This document shows positions 14,385 to 23,824 of a DNA stretch of 38,506 nucleotides, piece by piece. The stretch spans positions 1-38,506 of the forward strand of contig CAYNZD010000002.1 of NCBI GenBank assembly GCA_964401675.1. The letters are read 5' to 3'. Numbering within the stretch: position 1 is the stretch's first letter; each line of letters starts with the position of its first letter. The stretch is from Candidatus Woesearchaeota archaeon (GTDB lineage Archaea; Nanobdellota; Nanobdellia; Pacearchaeales; GW2011-AR1). Both the position numbers and the translations under genes were made by a program. Under the pieces are notes generated by a model. It did no database searches. It had not been told where the DNA came from and saw only the letters and a list, made by a program, of their open reading frames with translations.

Positions 14385-15581
14385 ATGGTAAAATTCGCAC
14401 ATCTAGCAGATTGTCATTTAGGTAGCTGGAGACAAGAAGAGCTTCAAAAATTAAATTTCCAATCTTTTCAAAAAGTCATAGATAGATGTATTCAGGAACA
14501 AGTAGAATTTATTCTAATCTCGGGAGACCTCTTCGATTCAGCATATCCTCCAATAGAAATTCTAAAAGATTCCTTTGCAGAATTTAAAAAACTCCACGAC
14601 GCAAAAATACCGGTATACTTAATCGCAGGCTCACATGATTTTTCCGCATCAGGCAAAACATTTTTAGATGTTTTAGAAAAAGCGGGTTTCTGTAAAAATA
14701 TAGAAAATTGGCAAATAGAAGAAGATGGCAGAATAAAATTAAAGTCCCACATGCACAACGATATTGCAATTTATGGATATCCCGGAAGAAAATCAGGGAT
14801 GGAAATTAACGATTTATCAAAAGTATATTTTGACTCAACCCATCCATTCACAATTTTTATGATTCATACAACAATTAAAGATGTAGTGGGCACAATTCCG
14901 ATGGAGTCAATTGAAAAAGAAAAATTGCCACTCGCAAATTATTATGCAATGGGGCATATTCATCAACCTTTTCAAGCTTGCGAAAGAAATTCTCATTATA
15001 TTTACCCAGGACCAACATTTCCAAACAATTTTCAAGAATTGTCAGACTTGCGGCATGGCAGTTTTCAACTAGTTGAATTTGATGGCGCAAATATCAAAAC
15101 AGAAAACATCAAAATTCCATTGAAAGAAGTCGCCTCGATAGAATTGGAAATAGATAATGGATTAACTGCGACACAGGAAATAATAAACGAACTTGACAAA
15201 TCAAATTTAAGAGACAAAATAGTTTTATTAAAATTAAAAGGGACATTGCTACAAGGCAAAACGGGCGACATAAGATTTAATGAAATAGAGGAATTCACAA
15301 AAAAGAAAGAAGCATTTATTTTTCTCAGAAATATTTCATCAATCAAAATTCGAGATTCCGAATTTAAGATAGAATCATCTTCGTCAGACAACATAGAAAA
15401 TATTGAACAACAAATTCTAGGAGAATACTCACGAAAAAATCCAGCAGATTTTAATAAATACCTTCCACAATTAATGACGGGGTTGTCCATAGAAAAAAAC
15501 GAAGATGAAAAAACAATTATTTATGAGGAAAGGCTTTTGGCAGAATTAAAAAATATTCTAAACATTGAACAAATATTATAA
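14385..15581 (+). CDS. mre11: DNA double-strand break repair nuclease Mre11
   Basis: Phosphoesterase motifs FAHLADCHLG, SGDLFD, AGSHD, GHIH. Stop overlaps the rad50 ATG (TAATG). Confidence 0.88.
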   Translation: MVKFAHLADCHLGSWRQEELQKLNFQSFQKVIDRCIQEQVEFILISGDLFDSAYPPIEILKDSFAEFKKLHDAKIPVYLIAGSHDFSASGKTFLDVLEKAGFCKNIENWQIEEDGRIKLKSHMHNDIAIYGYPGRKSGMEINDLSKVYFDSTHPFTIFMIHTTIKDVVGTIPMESIEKEKLPLANYYAMGHIHQPFQACERNSHYIYPGPTFPNNFQELSDLRHGSFQLVEFDGANIKTENIKIPLKEVASIELEIDNGLTATQEIINELDKSNLRDKIVLLKLKGTLLQGKTGDIRFNEIEEFTKKKEAFIFLRNISSIKIRDSEFKIESSSSDNIENIEQQILGEYSRKNPADFNKYLPQLMTGLSIEKNEDEKTIIYEERLLAELKNILNIEQIL

Positions 15582-17623
15582 TGTTATTTAAAAAATTAAT
15601 TATTCAAAATATAAGAAGCTATGAAAATTTAACCATCGAATTTCCAAAAGGCTCAATTCTTCTAGCAGGAGAAATTGGCTCGGGAAAAACATCTATCCTT
15701 CTTGGATTACAGTTTGCACTTTTTGGATTACAGCCCGGACAAAAAGGGGCATCAATTTTAAGACAGGGAGCCGACAACGCATATGCATATTTAGAGATGG
15801 AGATAGATGGCGAAATAATAATACTTGAAAGAACAATAAAAAAATCAAAAAGCGATAGCATAACTCAAGATTCAAATATCATTACGACAGGTATGATTCG
15901 CGAAGAACTCTCGACCTCAGAAATGAAAGACAGAGTGATTAAACTTTTGAATTACCCAAAAGAGTTTATTAAAAAATCAAATCTTCTGTATAAATTCACT
16001 GTCTATACCCCGCAAGAAGAAATGAAATCAATTATTCAAGAAAGGCCAGAAATTAGACTTGATACTCTGCGACATATTTTTGGGATTGATCGATATAAGC
16101 GGATTAAAGATAATGTAGAAATACTTTTACATAAACTCAAAGAAACAATAAAACTCAAAGAAGTGTTCGCATCAGAATTAAATCTTTTAAAAGAAAAATT
16201 TACATCTGAAAACGAAAGAAAAATTATGCTAACAAGGAAAACGAATAATCTAAATTTAGAATATCAAAATCTCATTTTAGAAAAACAGAAAATTGAAGAC
16301 ATGTTAATTTCAACTCAAGATGCAATTGACGAAAAAAAAGAAATGAATTCTGAATCGGGAAAATTGACAGCTCTTTTGCAAGGCAAAAAAGATTTAGAAT
16401 CCAGAATGAAAAAAGAAATTAATTTAATGCAAAAACAAATTTATGAGAAATTGAATTTTTCAGAAGAGAAACTAAAAGCAGTTATAGAATTATTAGAAAA
16501 ACATAAACGAATTCTTGACGAGAAAAACTCAGAATTTTTAGAGCTATCCTCTCGCGTTTCTGTTCTTGATTCAAAAAAGGAAAGACCATTAGAGCTTAGA
16601 AATAAAATAACATCTTTGGAAAATTGCCCAACTTGCCTTCAGTCTGTAGGCCAGGACCATAAAAACAGAATTGGGAAACAGACTCAATATGAGATTGAAG
16701 AAATTAATCGAGAACTCGAACAAAAAATTCAACAAAAGCAAATGTTAAATATTGATATTGATATTGAAAAAGAATTAATACAGGAATATGAAGTTGACAG
16801 AAATAACTTTCAACAAGATAAAATAAAATATGAGCACCAAAAAACGATTGAAATAAAAATTAAATCAGACATGTTTATTTTAGAAAGAATTTCAAATGAA
16901 ATTATCGAGTTTGAAAATCAAATTGAACAACTTCAGATAAAAATCCAAACGTTCTCACAATCGCAGGAAATTTTTAATTCAACAAAAAAAGCATTTCGGG
17001 AAATAAGCGAAACTTTACGAATAAATGAAATTACCATAGCTACAAAAAATAAAGAATTAGAAATTTTAAACATAAACCTCGAGGAATTATCTACAGAAAT
17101 TCAAGATAAAGAAAAAATACGAGAACAAATCAATCACTTAAGAGGATTGCAAGATTGGATTCAGGAAAAATTTATAATAATGATAAATCTCACTGAAAAA
17201 AATGTCATGATAAATCTCCGGAATGAGTTTTCAACAATTTTCACCGAGTGGTTTTCAATGCTAGTCTCTGATTCTCTCTCGGTTCGACTCGACGAAGATT
17301 TCACCCCGATAATTACAAACCAAGATTATGAAATTGATTATGATTTTCTATCTGGAGGAGAACGAACCGCAACAGCTTTGGCCTATCGGCTTTCATTAAA
17401 CCAAGTATTAAACTCAATGTTATCAAATATTAAAACAAAAAATATTGTTATATTAGATGAGCCAACCGATGGGTTTGCATCAGAACAAATTGACAAAATG
17501 CGAGATATTTTCGAGCAACTTAGAGCAGACCAAATAATTTTGGTATCTCACGAAGAAAAAATTGAGGGGTTTGTGGACCATGTAATCAGAGTAAGAAAAG
17601 AAGGAGTTTCGAGAATTCAATAA
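15581..17623 (+). CDS. rad50: DNA double-strand break repair ATPase Rad50 (short coiled coil)
   Basis: Walker A GEIGSGKTS, central zinc hook CPTC (nt 16625-16636), signature LSGGE, Walker B ILDEPTDG, K/E/L-rich coiled-coil middle. 680 aa. Confidence 0.88.
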   Translation: MLFKKLIIQNIRSYENLTIEFPKGSILLAGEIGSGKTSILLGLQFALFGLQPGQKGASILRQGADNAYAYLEMEIDGEIIILERTIKKSKSDSITQDSNIITTGMIREELSTSEMKDRVIKLLNYPKEFIKKSNLLYKFTVYTPQEEMKSIIQERPEIRLDTLRHIFGIDRYKRIKDNVEILLHKLKETIKLKEVFASELNLLKEKFTSENERKIMLTRKTNNLNLEYQNLILEKQKIEDMLISTQDAIDEKKEMNSESGKLTALLQGKKDLESRMKKEINLMQKQIYEKLNFSEEKLKAVIELLEKHKRILDEKNSEFLELSSRVSVLDSKKERPLELRNKITSLENCPTCLQSVGQDHKNRIGKQTQYEIEEINRELEQKIQQKQMLNIDIDIEKELIQEYEVDRNNFQQDKIKYEHQKTIEIKIKSDMFILERISNEIIEFENQIEQLQIKIQTFSQSQEIFNSTKKAFREISETLRINEITIATKNKELEILNINLEELSTEIQDKEKIREQINHLRGLQDWIQEKFIIMINLTEKNVMINLRNEFSTIFTEWFSMLVSDSLSVRLDEDFTPIITNQDYEIDYDFLSGGERTATALAYRLSLNQVLNSMLSNIKTKNIVILDEPTDGFASEQIDKMRDIFEQLRADQIILVSHEEKIEGFVDHVIRVRKEGVSRIQ

Positions 17624-17655
17624 TCAAAACACTTATCTCACCAGAAATACCTACT

Positions 17656-17675
17656 GGGTGAAAACCCTGGTTTTT
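17656..17675 (+). terminator. Small GNRA-loop hairpin plus T5 run downstream of rad50
   Basis: GGGT-GAAA-ACCC followed by TGGTTTTT. An overlapping imperfect hairpin TCACCAG...CTGGGTGA lies at 17638-17661. Confidence 0.35.
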
Positions 17676-17724
17676 AAGTAAAATATTTAGAAACACTTAA
17701 AAACCAATTTTATCCCATATATTC

Positions 17725-17979
17725 ATGGAAATTAAAATTTTAAAAGACGAAAAAAGCGAAATGGATATAGAGCTATCCAATTTAACTATAGCAGAAGTCC
17801 TTAGAGTTTATTTAAATAAAGAGGGCGCGAAATTAGCAGTTTGGAAACGAGATCATCCAACAAAGAATCCGATTTTACATATTGAAGGAGACAATCCTAA
17901 AAAACTCTTAAAAAAAGCGATTGCATCGCTTGAAAAAGAAACAGACAAAATTGTTGACGAATTCAAAAAAGCAAAATAA
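17725..17979 (+). CDS. rpoL: DNA-directed RNA polymerase subunit L (Rpo11)
   Basis: 84 aa. MEIKILKDEK...IELSNLTIAEVLRVYL...LAVWKRDHPTKNPILHIEG..PKKLLKKAI follows the archaeal RpoL pattern. Confidence 0.72.
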   Translation: MEIKILKDEKSEMDIELSNLTIAEVLRVYLNKEGAKLAVWKRDHPTKNPILHIEGDNPKKLLKKAIASLEKETDKIVDEFKKAK

Positions 17980-18025
17980 TTCTACAATATAAATTATTAT
18001 AAAGAAAACTTATATCAATAATTTT

Positions 18026-18766
18026 ATGACAACCAAATCTAAAATCTCTACTGGGTCATTCGACCTAAACAAATTTCTTTTCGGCGGATATGAAAATGAT
18101 ATTATCACAACGCTCTATGGACCGGGCGGGTCTGGCAAATCAAACTTTTGCGTGTTGACCGCGACGTCACAATCGAAAAAAGGGAATAAGGTGATTTTCG
18201 TAGATACCGAAGGAGGATTTTCTGCAGATAGGTTCAAGCAAATTCATCAAGGAACAAAGGAAGAAATAGAGACAGCATTGCAAAACATTTTACTCCTAAA
18301 ACCTACATCTTTTAAAGAGCAGGAAGAAGATTTCCAAAAATTATTAACTTATGTAAAACAAGGAGATATATCATTAATTATCATAGATTCGATAGCAATG
18401 CTTTACCGGCTCGAACTCGGCGATGCGATAACGACGAAAGACACCGAAAAAATTTCTGAAGTAAATAGAAAACTTGCAAAACAATTGAGGTCTTTAAATG
18501 AAATTGCAAGAAAACAAAATATCCCAATTATAATTACAAATCAGGTTTATTCGACGTTTTCTCAAAATCAAGAAGATAAAAATTTTGAAAGAAAAGTTTC
18601 CATGGTTGGTGGAGATCTTCTAAAATATTGGAGCAAGTGTTTAATCGAACTCCAAGATTATCACGGCAGAAGAAAGATTATTTTAAAAAAGCATAGAAGT
18701 TTACCAGTTAAAGAATTAGCTTTTGAAATTACTAATGTGGGGATTAGGAAACGGGGATTATTCTAA
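18026..18766 (+). CDS. radB: RadB/RadA-paralog recombinase-like ATPase
   Basis: Walker A YGPGGSGKSNF, Walker B LIIIDSIA. No N-terminal HhH domain. 246 aa. Confidence 0.68.
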   Translation: MTTKSKISTGSFDLNKFLFGGYENDIITTLYGPGGSGKSNFCVLTATSQSKKGNKVIFVDTEGGFSADRFKQIHQGTKEEIETALQNILLLKPTSFKEQEEDFQKLLTYVKQGDISLIIIDSIAMLYRLELGDAITTKDTEKISEVNRKLAKQLRSLNEIARKQNIPIIITNQVYSTFSQNQEDKNFERKVSMVGGDLLKYWSKCLIELQDYHGRRKIILKKHRSLPVKELAFEITNVGIRKRGLF

Positions 18767-18792
18767 TTATTATTAATAAAGAAACTTAATCT

Positions 18793-19740
18793 TTAAGATA
18801 AATAACGTCCAGAGTAACAAAAGTTAATATAATCCTCAGAATAACTAAAATTTGCTAGAGCTTTCACTGGTTTATTAAAAGTTTCTTCAAAATATATTTT
18901 TGCTTCTTCCATAGTTTTTCTTGTATTAACATCTTCATCAAAGAGAACTATCTGTTTTCCCTGACTCAGTACTTGAATATGTTTTTTTTCAGCATCGGTC
19001 AATTGAGGAGCTATATCTTGTTTTTTAGTTTTTGAAAATCTTGCTACATAAAAATCAGAATTTGGATCGTCCAAATAATCACAGTATCTTAAATATACAT
19101 CCATTCCAGGCGCAATACCACCATTACCTAAGGCCAAAAATAGAACATTGTTCCCGTTCGTAAGATCATGAAGATGTTTGGCAGAACCAAAAGATAATTT
19201 TGGGTTAGAAGCCTTCCATGATTTTCGATCCATATCTTGGATCAATCCTTTTTGCAGAATTTTGCCATCTTTGCTTTGATTAATATACGATCTAAAATTT
19301 TCTAATTCTCCCAAAGAAGATTTCGGATCTCTATAGATATTCAACCCGAGTCCAATAGATCTTTTTAAGATTTCCTCGCTATCTCCAGAGCCCTCATTCG
19401 CAATTTTATGTTCCATTGAAGACCTGATAATTCTTGAGGCGTGTAGAGCCAATGACAGATTATTTTTGTGCATTCTATTATCCAAATAACGATGAACCCC
19501 AGGAATATTTTTAATTACAGAATGATAGGCCGAATTCTTGCTGGTAATAATTTTTTCTGTTTCTTTGAGAACTCCATCTAGAGTTCCCCTATATTTCATG
19601 TTTCTAGCTTCCTTAGGATATTCCTTGTCAGTTATAGTAAAACTATCCCATAACGATTCATATTTCATACAGATAGTTGTACAAAGAACTTTATAAAGTT
19701 TACTATTAGTAAGTGACGACAGAGTTTGTATAAGAGCCAC
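18793..19740 (-). CDS. Hypothetical protein with C-terminal phosphoribosyltransferase-like (PRT) domain
   Basis: C-terminal half has VLFLALGNGGIAPGMDVYL ... GKQIVLFDEDVNTRKTMEEA, resembling the type-I PRTase fold and PRPP loop. The N-terminal ~190 aa are unrecognised. The ORF starts with GTG, so the start is uncertain. Confidence 0.5.
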   Translation of the reverse strand: MALIQTLSSLTNSKLYKVLCTTICMKYESLWDSFTITDKEYPKEARNMKYRGTLDGVLKETEKIITSKNSAYHSVIKNIPGVHRYLDNRMHKNNLSLALHASRIIRSSMEHKIANEGSGDSEEILKRSIGLGLNIYRDPKSSLGELENFRSYINQSKDGKILQKGLIQDMDRKSWKASNPKLSFGSAKHLHDLTNGNNVLFLALGNGGIAPGMDVYLRYCDYLDDPNSDFYVARFSKTKKQDIAPQLTDAEKKHIQVLSQGKQIVLFDEDVNTRKTMEEAKIYFEETFNKPVKALANFSYSEDYINFCYSGRYLS

Positions 19741-19810
19741 AATAAAACAGGTGCTTTAAATCATAAAATAAGTAACAGATAATTCAGGTTACCATAAAAT
19801 TTTCAATAAG

Positions 19811-20791
19811 TTATTGACTTTTATTAAGAAAAACTTCTAAGTGTTTTTTATTCTTATTCGCAATCTCTAGATATTTTTCTCTGCTAGTGCTATTAACAGC
19901 ATAAACTGCAGACCACAATAATCTTTCCTTATTAGCAAACTTCTTTTTAAAAATATATGATCCAGAATGACTAATTGCACTCGCCCCATAATCTATTAAG
20001 GGAATATCCCTTGTGACAGCTTCTTCAATAATTCTTAAGTGCAAAAGTTCATTCGCGTGACAATACTGAAACTCTCTCAATGAGACACCTCTTAAATTGA
20101 AAATTTTATTTTTATCAATAATACTAATTCTACCAGCAATAACCCTACCTTCTTTCTTCGCAAGTAAAAATAGTAGTTTATCAGAAGGAACTTTTTCATA
20201 AATACCCTTCCAATAATTCAGCGGTTTTGCAATTGAATTATTTCTTTTCATAGTTTCTTTTTCCAAAGTAAAATAAGACTCTACATCTTCCATAGAAGAA
20301 ACGTTAATAATTTCCAAGTTCTCATTTCTAGCTTTTCTGATTGCTTTCTTTAAGATATTTCTTTTCTTAGTTCTCTCTAAGTTGCTCCAAAAGCCATCAA
20401 TAGAAGATACAGTTAGCTCTGGATAGATGTAAGATGGATAAATAATAAACCCCACTTTAGATAAGGCCCTTGCCTGTTTTTCGGAAATATTATCAATGAT
20501 CACTGTATTGCATTTTAACTTCTTAAATTCTTTAATATATCTTTCAATATTATTTTCAAAATAAATCTTTTCGGAAACAAACCGTGGCATACAATAATAA
20601 TCATTATTGATTCTGGATAATCCAAGAAAAGATGTTATACTTCCATTATTACTTTCATAGAAATAAATAGGGTATTCCTCGTTTCTTTCTAAAAATTTCA
20701 ACCAAAATTTATTATAAAAAAAATTTGTTTTATGCTTCTCGGTAAATTCATCGTAACCTTTGACATCCTTTATTTTATTTGCGACTATCAT
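19811..20791 (-). CDS. FemAB-like / Acetyltransf_6 (CelD-like) GNAT-fold transferase
   Basis: HANELLHLRIIEEAVTRDIPLIDYGASA...GSYIFKKKFA matches the FemAB-family C-terminal hallmark. The ATG at 20791 lies ~26 nt downstream of a TATA-like box; the ORF is open to a GTG at 20809. Confidence 0.55.
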   Translation of the reverse strand: MIVANKIKDVKGYDEFTEKHKTNFFYNKFWLKFLERNEEYPIYFYESNNGSITSFLGLSRINNDYYCMPRFVSEKIYFENNIERYIKEFKKLKCNTVIIDNISEKQARALSKVGFIIYPSYIYPELTVSSIDGFWSNLERTKKRNILKKAIRKARNENLEIINVSSMEDVESYFTLEKETMKRNNSIAKPLNYWKGIYEKVPSDKLLFLLAKKEGRVIAGRISIIDKNKIFNLRGVSLREFQYCHANELLHLRIIEEAVTRDIPLIDYGASAISHSGSYIFKKKFANKERLLWSAVYAVNSTSREKYLEIANKNKKHLEVFLNKSQ

Positions 20792-20811
20792 ATTCCTATA
20801 TCCTAACACTC

Positions 20812-20822
20812 ATTTAAATAAT
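20812..20822 (-). promoter_or_regulatory. TATA-like box for the FemAB-like gene
   Basis: ATTATTTAAAT on the minus strand, centred ~26 nt upstream of the ATG at 20791. Confidence 0.4.
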
Positions 20823-20851
20823 GTGTTATAATCCATAATAGTTAATACAAG

Positions 20852-23101
20852 TCATTTCATATAAAATTCCTTCTTCTTCCGAACAACCTTTTTCTTTTTA
20901 ACACTCTTCTTAACTTTCTCTTTCCCATGGTCAACCACTTTACCGTCAATAATCTCAACTTCACCACTCGCCAACTTCGCCTTAAATTCAGCTCTCTTTT
21001 TCATGGCTTCTTCATTTGTCGGACATTCCGGATTAAAACAAAATCTCCATGGTGCTCCGCCTTTTTTAAATGCAGCAACTTTCGGGAACCCACACTCTTC
21101 ACATTTCTCCAAGGCATTTTCTTCAAGTCCTGCTTCATTAGCCGCCTTCTTTGACATTCGAGCCGGTTTCATCATCCCCTTAGGCGGCAAAGAATAAATT
21201 GTCTTACACTCGGGATAGGCATCACAAGAAACAAAATATCTAGAGAATTTTTTTCCATACATAACTCTCAATTTTCCCTTATGACAAACCGGGCACTCCG
21301 ACATAGTATTAGCTTCTTTTTCCTGTTCCCAAACAATCGCATTCGCATCAGCCAAACTTTTTCCCATGGCATCCAAATTCTCAGTCATTCCTTCCGCAAT
21401 TTTCACCACCGATTTCTTAGCCTCATCCAAAATTATTTTTTCTTCTTTTTCTAAATCTTTATTGGAAACCTCAATCTTATCTAACTTCTCAGTCATTTCT
21501 CTCGTCAGCTTCTCATCTAAAATAATCGGAGCATATTTCTCAAGCGTCTCAGTCATCCTAATCCCAAGCTCTGTGACCTCAATACTTTTTTCTCTAACAT
21601 ACCCACGCGAATACAAGGTTTCAATAATTGCTGCCCGAGTAGATTTCGTTCCAAGTCCTCGCTTTTCTAACTCTTTAACTAACGAAGCGGCAGAATATCT
21701 TCGTGGTGGCTTCGTCTCTTTTTCTTCCGTGCGAATTTCCAAAACATCAACATCGCCATCTATAGTAGGCATCTTAGACTCCTTCGTTGAATGCGGATAA
21801 ACATTCATCCAACCCTTTTCTTTAATTTGTACGCCTCTTGCGCCAAAATTCAAACCATTAACAACAACCTTAATGTGTTTGTTTTCAACCTTTGCCGAAT
21901 CGCAAAAACACGCAATAAATCGCTTAACAATTAAATCATAAATTTTCTTATCTCTTTCAGGAATTTTAACTTTCTCTCCAGTCGGATAAATTGCAGGATG
22001 TGCCGGGTCAACTTTTTTGCCCTCAGTAGGTTTCACATTAACAGCATATTTCACAGCCGTCGTATACTTTTTCAACATTTTCAAAATTTTATCATACCCA
22101 ATAGATTTATCATATTTCTGACTCGAAGTTCTCGGATACGAAATTGCACCAAGTAGATACAAGCTTTGAGCAGTCTTCAAAGTTTGTGAAGGAGTATCCC
22201 CACAATTTTTATAGGCCTCAGTCTGCAAAGTTGTCAAATCAAAAGGAACGGGAGGAGCAACAACATCTTCCTTAATTGTTGTGGTAGCAGCTCCACTTTT
22301 CCCCTGTAAATGTTTGAACTTCAACAGCTCGTTCTCGTTAAAAATATCTTTTGGGTGCTTAACCTCAATTGTTTGATTCTTAATATCCTTCACTTGTAAA
22401 AACACTTGCCAGAAGGGCTCGGACTTAAAATCTCCGATCTCCTTTTCCCTGTCGGCAACAATTTTTAATGCAGGCCCCTGTACCCGACCGATAGACAAAA
22501 TTCTAAAAGTACCAGCAGAAGATAATGCTTTCATCAGCCCTCTTGATAAATTAATTCCATAGAACCAATCAATATAATGCCGAGTCTCTCCAGCAATCGC
22601 CGCGCCCCAATTTAAATTCGGCAACAAATTTTCAAAACTTTCATCCAGAGCCTCTTTCGTTAACAAGGAAAATTTCATTCTCTTAGCATCTTTCTGCTTG
22701 CAAATAAACCGCACAACATTCCATCCAATAACCTCTCCTTCGACATCAAAGTCCGTTGCAACAATAAATTCATCCGCCTCTTTCGCCAACTTTTTCAAAA
22801 CACCAAGATATCTTTTCGTAAAACTTCCACCCTTTTTTTGATGTGCCGGTTGCCACTCAACTTCAAAATTTGGGAAAGGGCCCCGTTTTGCAATTTGTTG
22901 AATCCCAAACAAATGACCAACCGCACACCCGACAATATACTTACGATCGCCTTTGTAGAATTCATAATATGAAACCTTATCCTTATTCGTAATTTTCTCA
23001 TCAGTCGCCCCGCTCAACGCAGCCGCAATCTTTTCAGCCGCTGCCGGTTTTTCTGTAATAATTAAAGTCGCCTTCGAGACAGATTCTTTTTTCTTAGTCA
23101 T
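20852..23101 (-). CDS. topA: DNA topoisomerase IA (TopA)
   Basis: Toprim LIITEKPAAAEKIA and DFDVEGE, active-site ISYPRTSSQ (Tyr). Two C-terminal C4 zinc ribbons (CPVCHKGKL...CDAYPEC; CEECGFP...CFNPECP) and a K-rich tail. Confidence 0.92.
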   Translation of the reverse strand: MTKKKESVSKATLIITEKPAAAEKIAAALSGATDEKITNKDKVSYYEFYKGDRKYIVGCAVGHLFGIQQIAKRGPFPNFEVEWQPAHQKKGGSFTKRYLGVLKKLAKEADEFIVATDFDVEGEVIGWNVVRFICKQKDAKRMKFSLLTKEALDESFENLLPNLNWGAAIAGETRHYIDWFYGINLSRGLMKALSSAGTFRILSIGRVQGPALKIVADREKEIGDFKSEPFWQVFLQVKDIKNQTIEVKHPKDIFNENELLKFKHLQGKSGAATTTIKEDVVAPPVPFDLTTLQTEAYKNCGDTPSQTLKTAQSLYLLGAISYPRTSSQKYDKSIGYDKILKMLKKYTTAVKYAVNVKPTEGKKVDPAHPAIYPTGEKVKIPERDKKIYDLIVKRFIACFCDSAKVENKHIKVVVNGLNFGARGVQIKEKGWMNVYPHSTKESKMPTIDGDVDVLEIRTEEKETKPPRRYSAASLVKELEKRGLGTKSTRAAIIETLYSRGYVREKSIEVTELGIRMTETLEKYAPIILDEKLTREMTEKLDKIEVSNKDLEKEEKIILDEAKKSVVKIAEGMTENLDAMGKSLADANAIVWEQEKEANTMSECPVCHKGKLRVMYGKKFSRYFVSCDAYPECKTIYSLPPKGMMKPARMSKKAANEAGLEENALEKCEECGFPKVAAFKKGGAPWRFCFNPECPTNEEAMKKRAEFKAKLASGEVEIIDGKVVDHGKEKVKKSVKKKKVVRKKKEFYMK

Positions 23102-23182
23102 AATATATTATTAAAAGAAGACTTTATATTTTTAATTGAATTACAAATTATCCTATGATTTTTTCAAGTGAACTATCTAATT

Positions 23183-23776
23183 CTAAATCTCTAAAATTTT
23201 TCCTTTTCTTCCAACTTGCACAACCTTAGTTTTTCCAATCTTGTCTTCAATCCCTTCACATTCGTGTATATGAGCCGCAATCAACAAATCAGGTTTAAAA
23301 TCTTTAACAGCTTTTCTCAAAATTGCATCACCAGGAATTCCTGAAAATTCTGCCGTTGTTCCACTCGCATGCAAATGCGAAACCAAAATTCTTTTTGCCG
23401 GCTTCATTTTTTCAAAATTTCTTTTTATACTACTCAAATCCTCATCATCCAATTCCATTTTCCAATTTGGACTTCCAATTCCCGCAATTCCAACTCCATT
23501 ATAAGTCACATAATAATTATGAATATTTTTCCCCTTCTGCTCCAGCACCTTACACTCTTCATCAAAATCACAATTTCCAGGCACGAAAACAACCTTTTGT
23601 TTCGCCTTTCGAAATGGCTCCAGAAGCCCTCTTTCTTTTCTATCATATCCATAAATATCTCCAGCCAAAACTACCAAATCAACTTTTTCTCGCTCTCCTT
23701 TTGCCGACAACTTTTTCGCAATATCTAAACTACCATGCAAATCTCCCGCCGCCAAAATCCTTAACTTTTTATCCAT
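23183..23776 (-). CDS. Calcineurin-like metallophosphoesterase (YfcE/MJ0936-like)
   Basis: ILAAGDLHG, LAGDIYG, PGNCD, SHLHA, AAHIHE motifs. The start is taken at MDKKLRIL; the ORF is open to 23794. Confidence 0.8.
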   Translation of the reverse strand: MDKKLRILAAGDLHGSLDIAKKLSAKGEREKVDLVVLAGDIYGYDRKERGLLEPFRKAKQKVVFVPGNCDFDEECKVLEQKGKNIHNYYVTYNGVGIAGIGSPNWKMELDDEDLSSIKRNFEKMKPAKRILVSHLHASGTTAEFSGIPGDAILRKAVKDFKPDLLIAAHIHECEGIEDKIGKTKVVQVGRKGKILEI

Positions 23777-23796
23777 ACAAACCACAACCAACATTC

Positions 23797-23807
23797 TTTT
23801 AAATAAA
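23797..23807. promoter_or_regulatory. Shared bidirectional TATA-like element between the metallophosphoesterase gene and valS
   Basis: TTTTAAATAAA is the only strong AT-box in the 48-nt divergent gap. It is centred ~23 nt from the valS ATG (23825) and ~26 nt from the minus-strand ATG (23776). Confidence 0.4.
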
Positions 23808-23824
23808 CTTCTCTCCCAATTATT

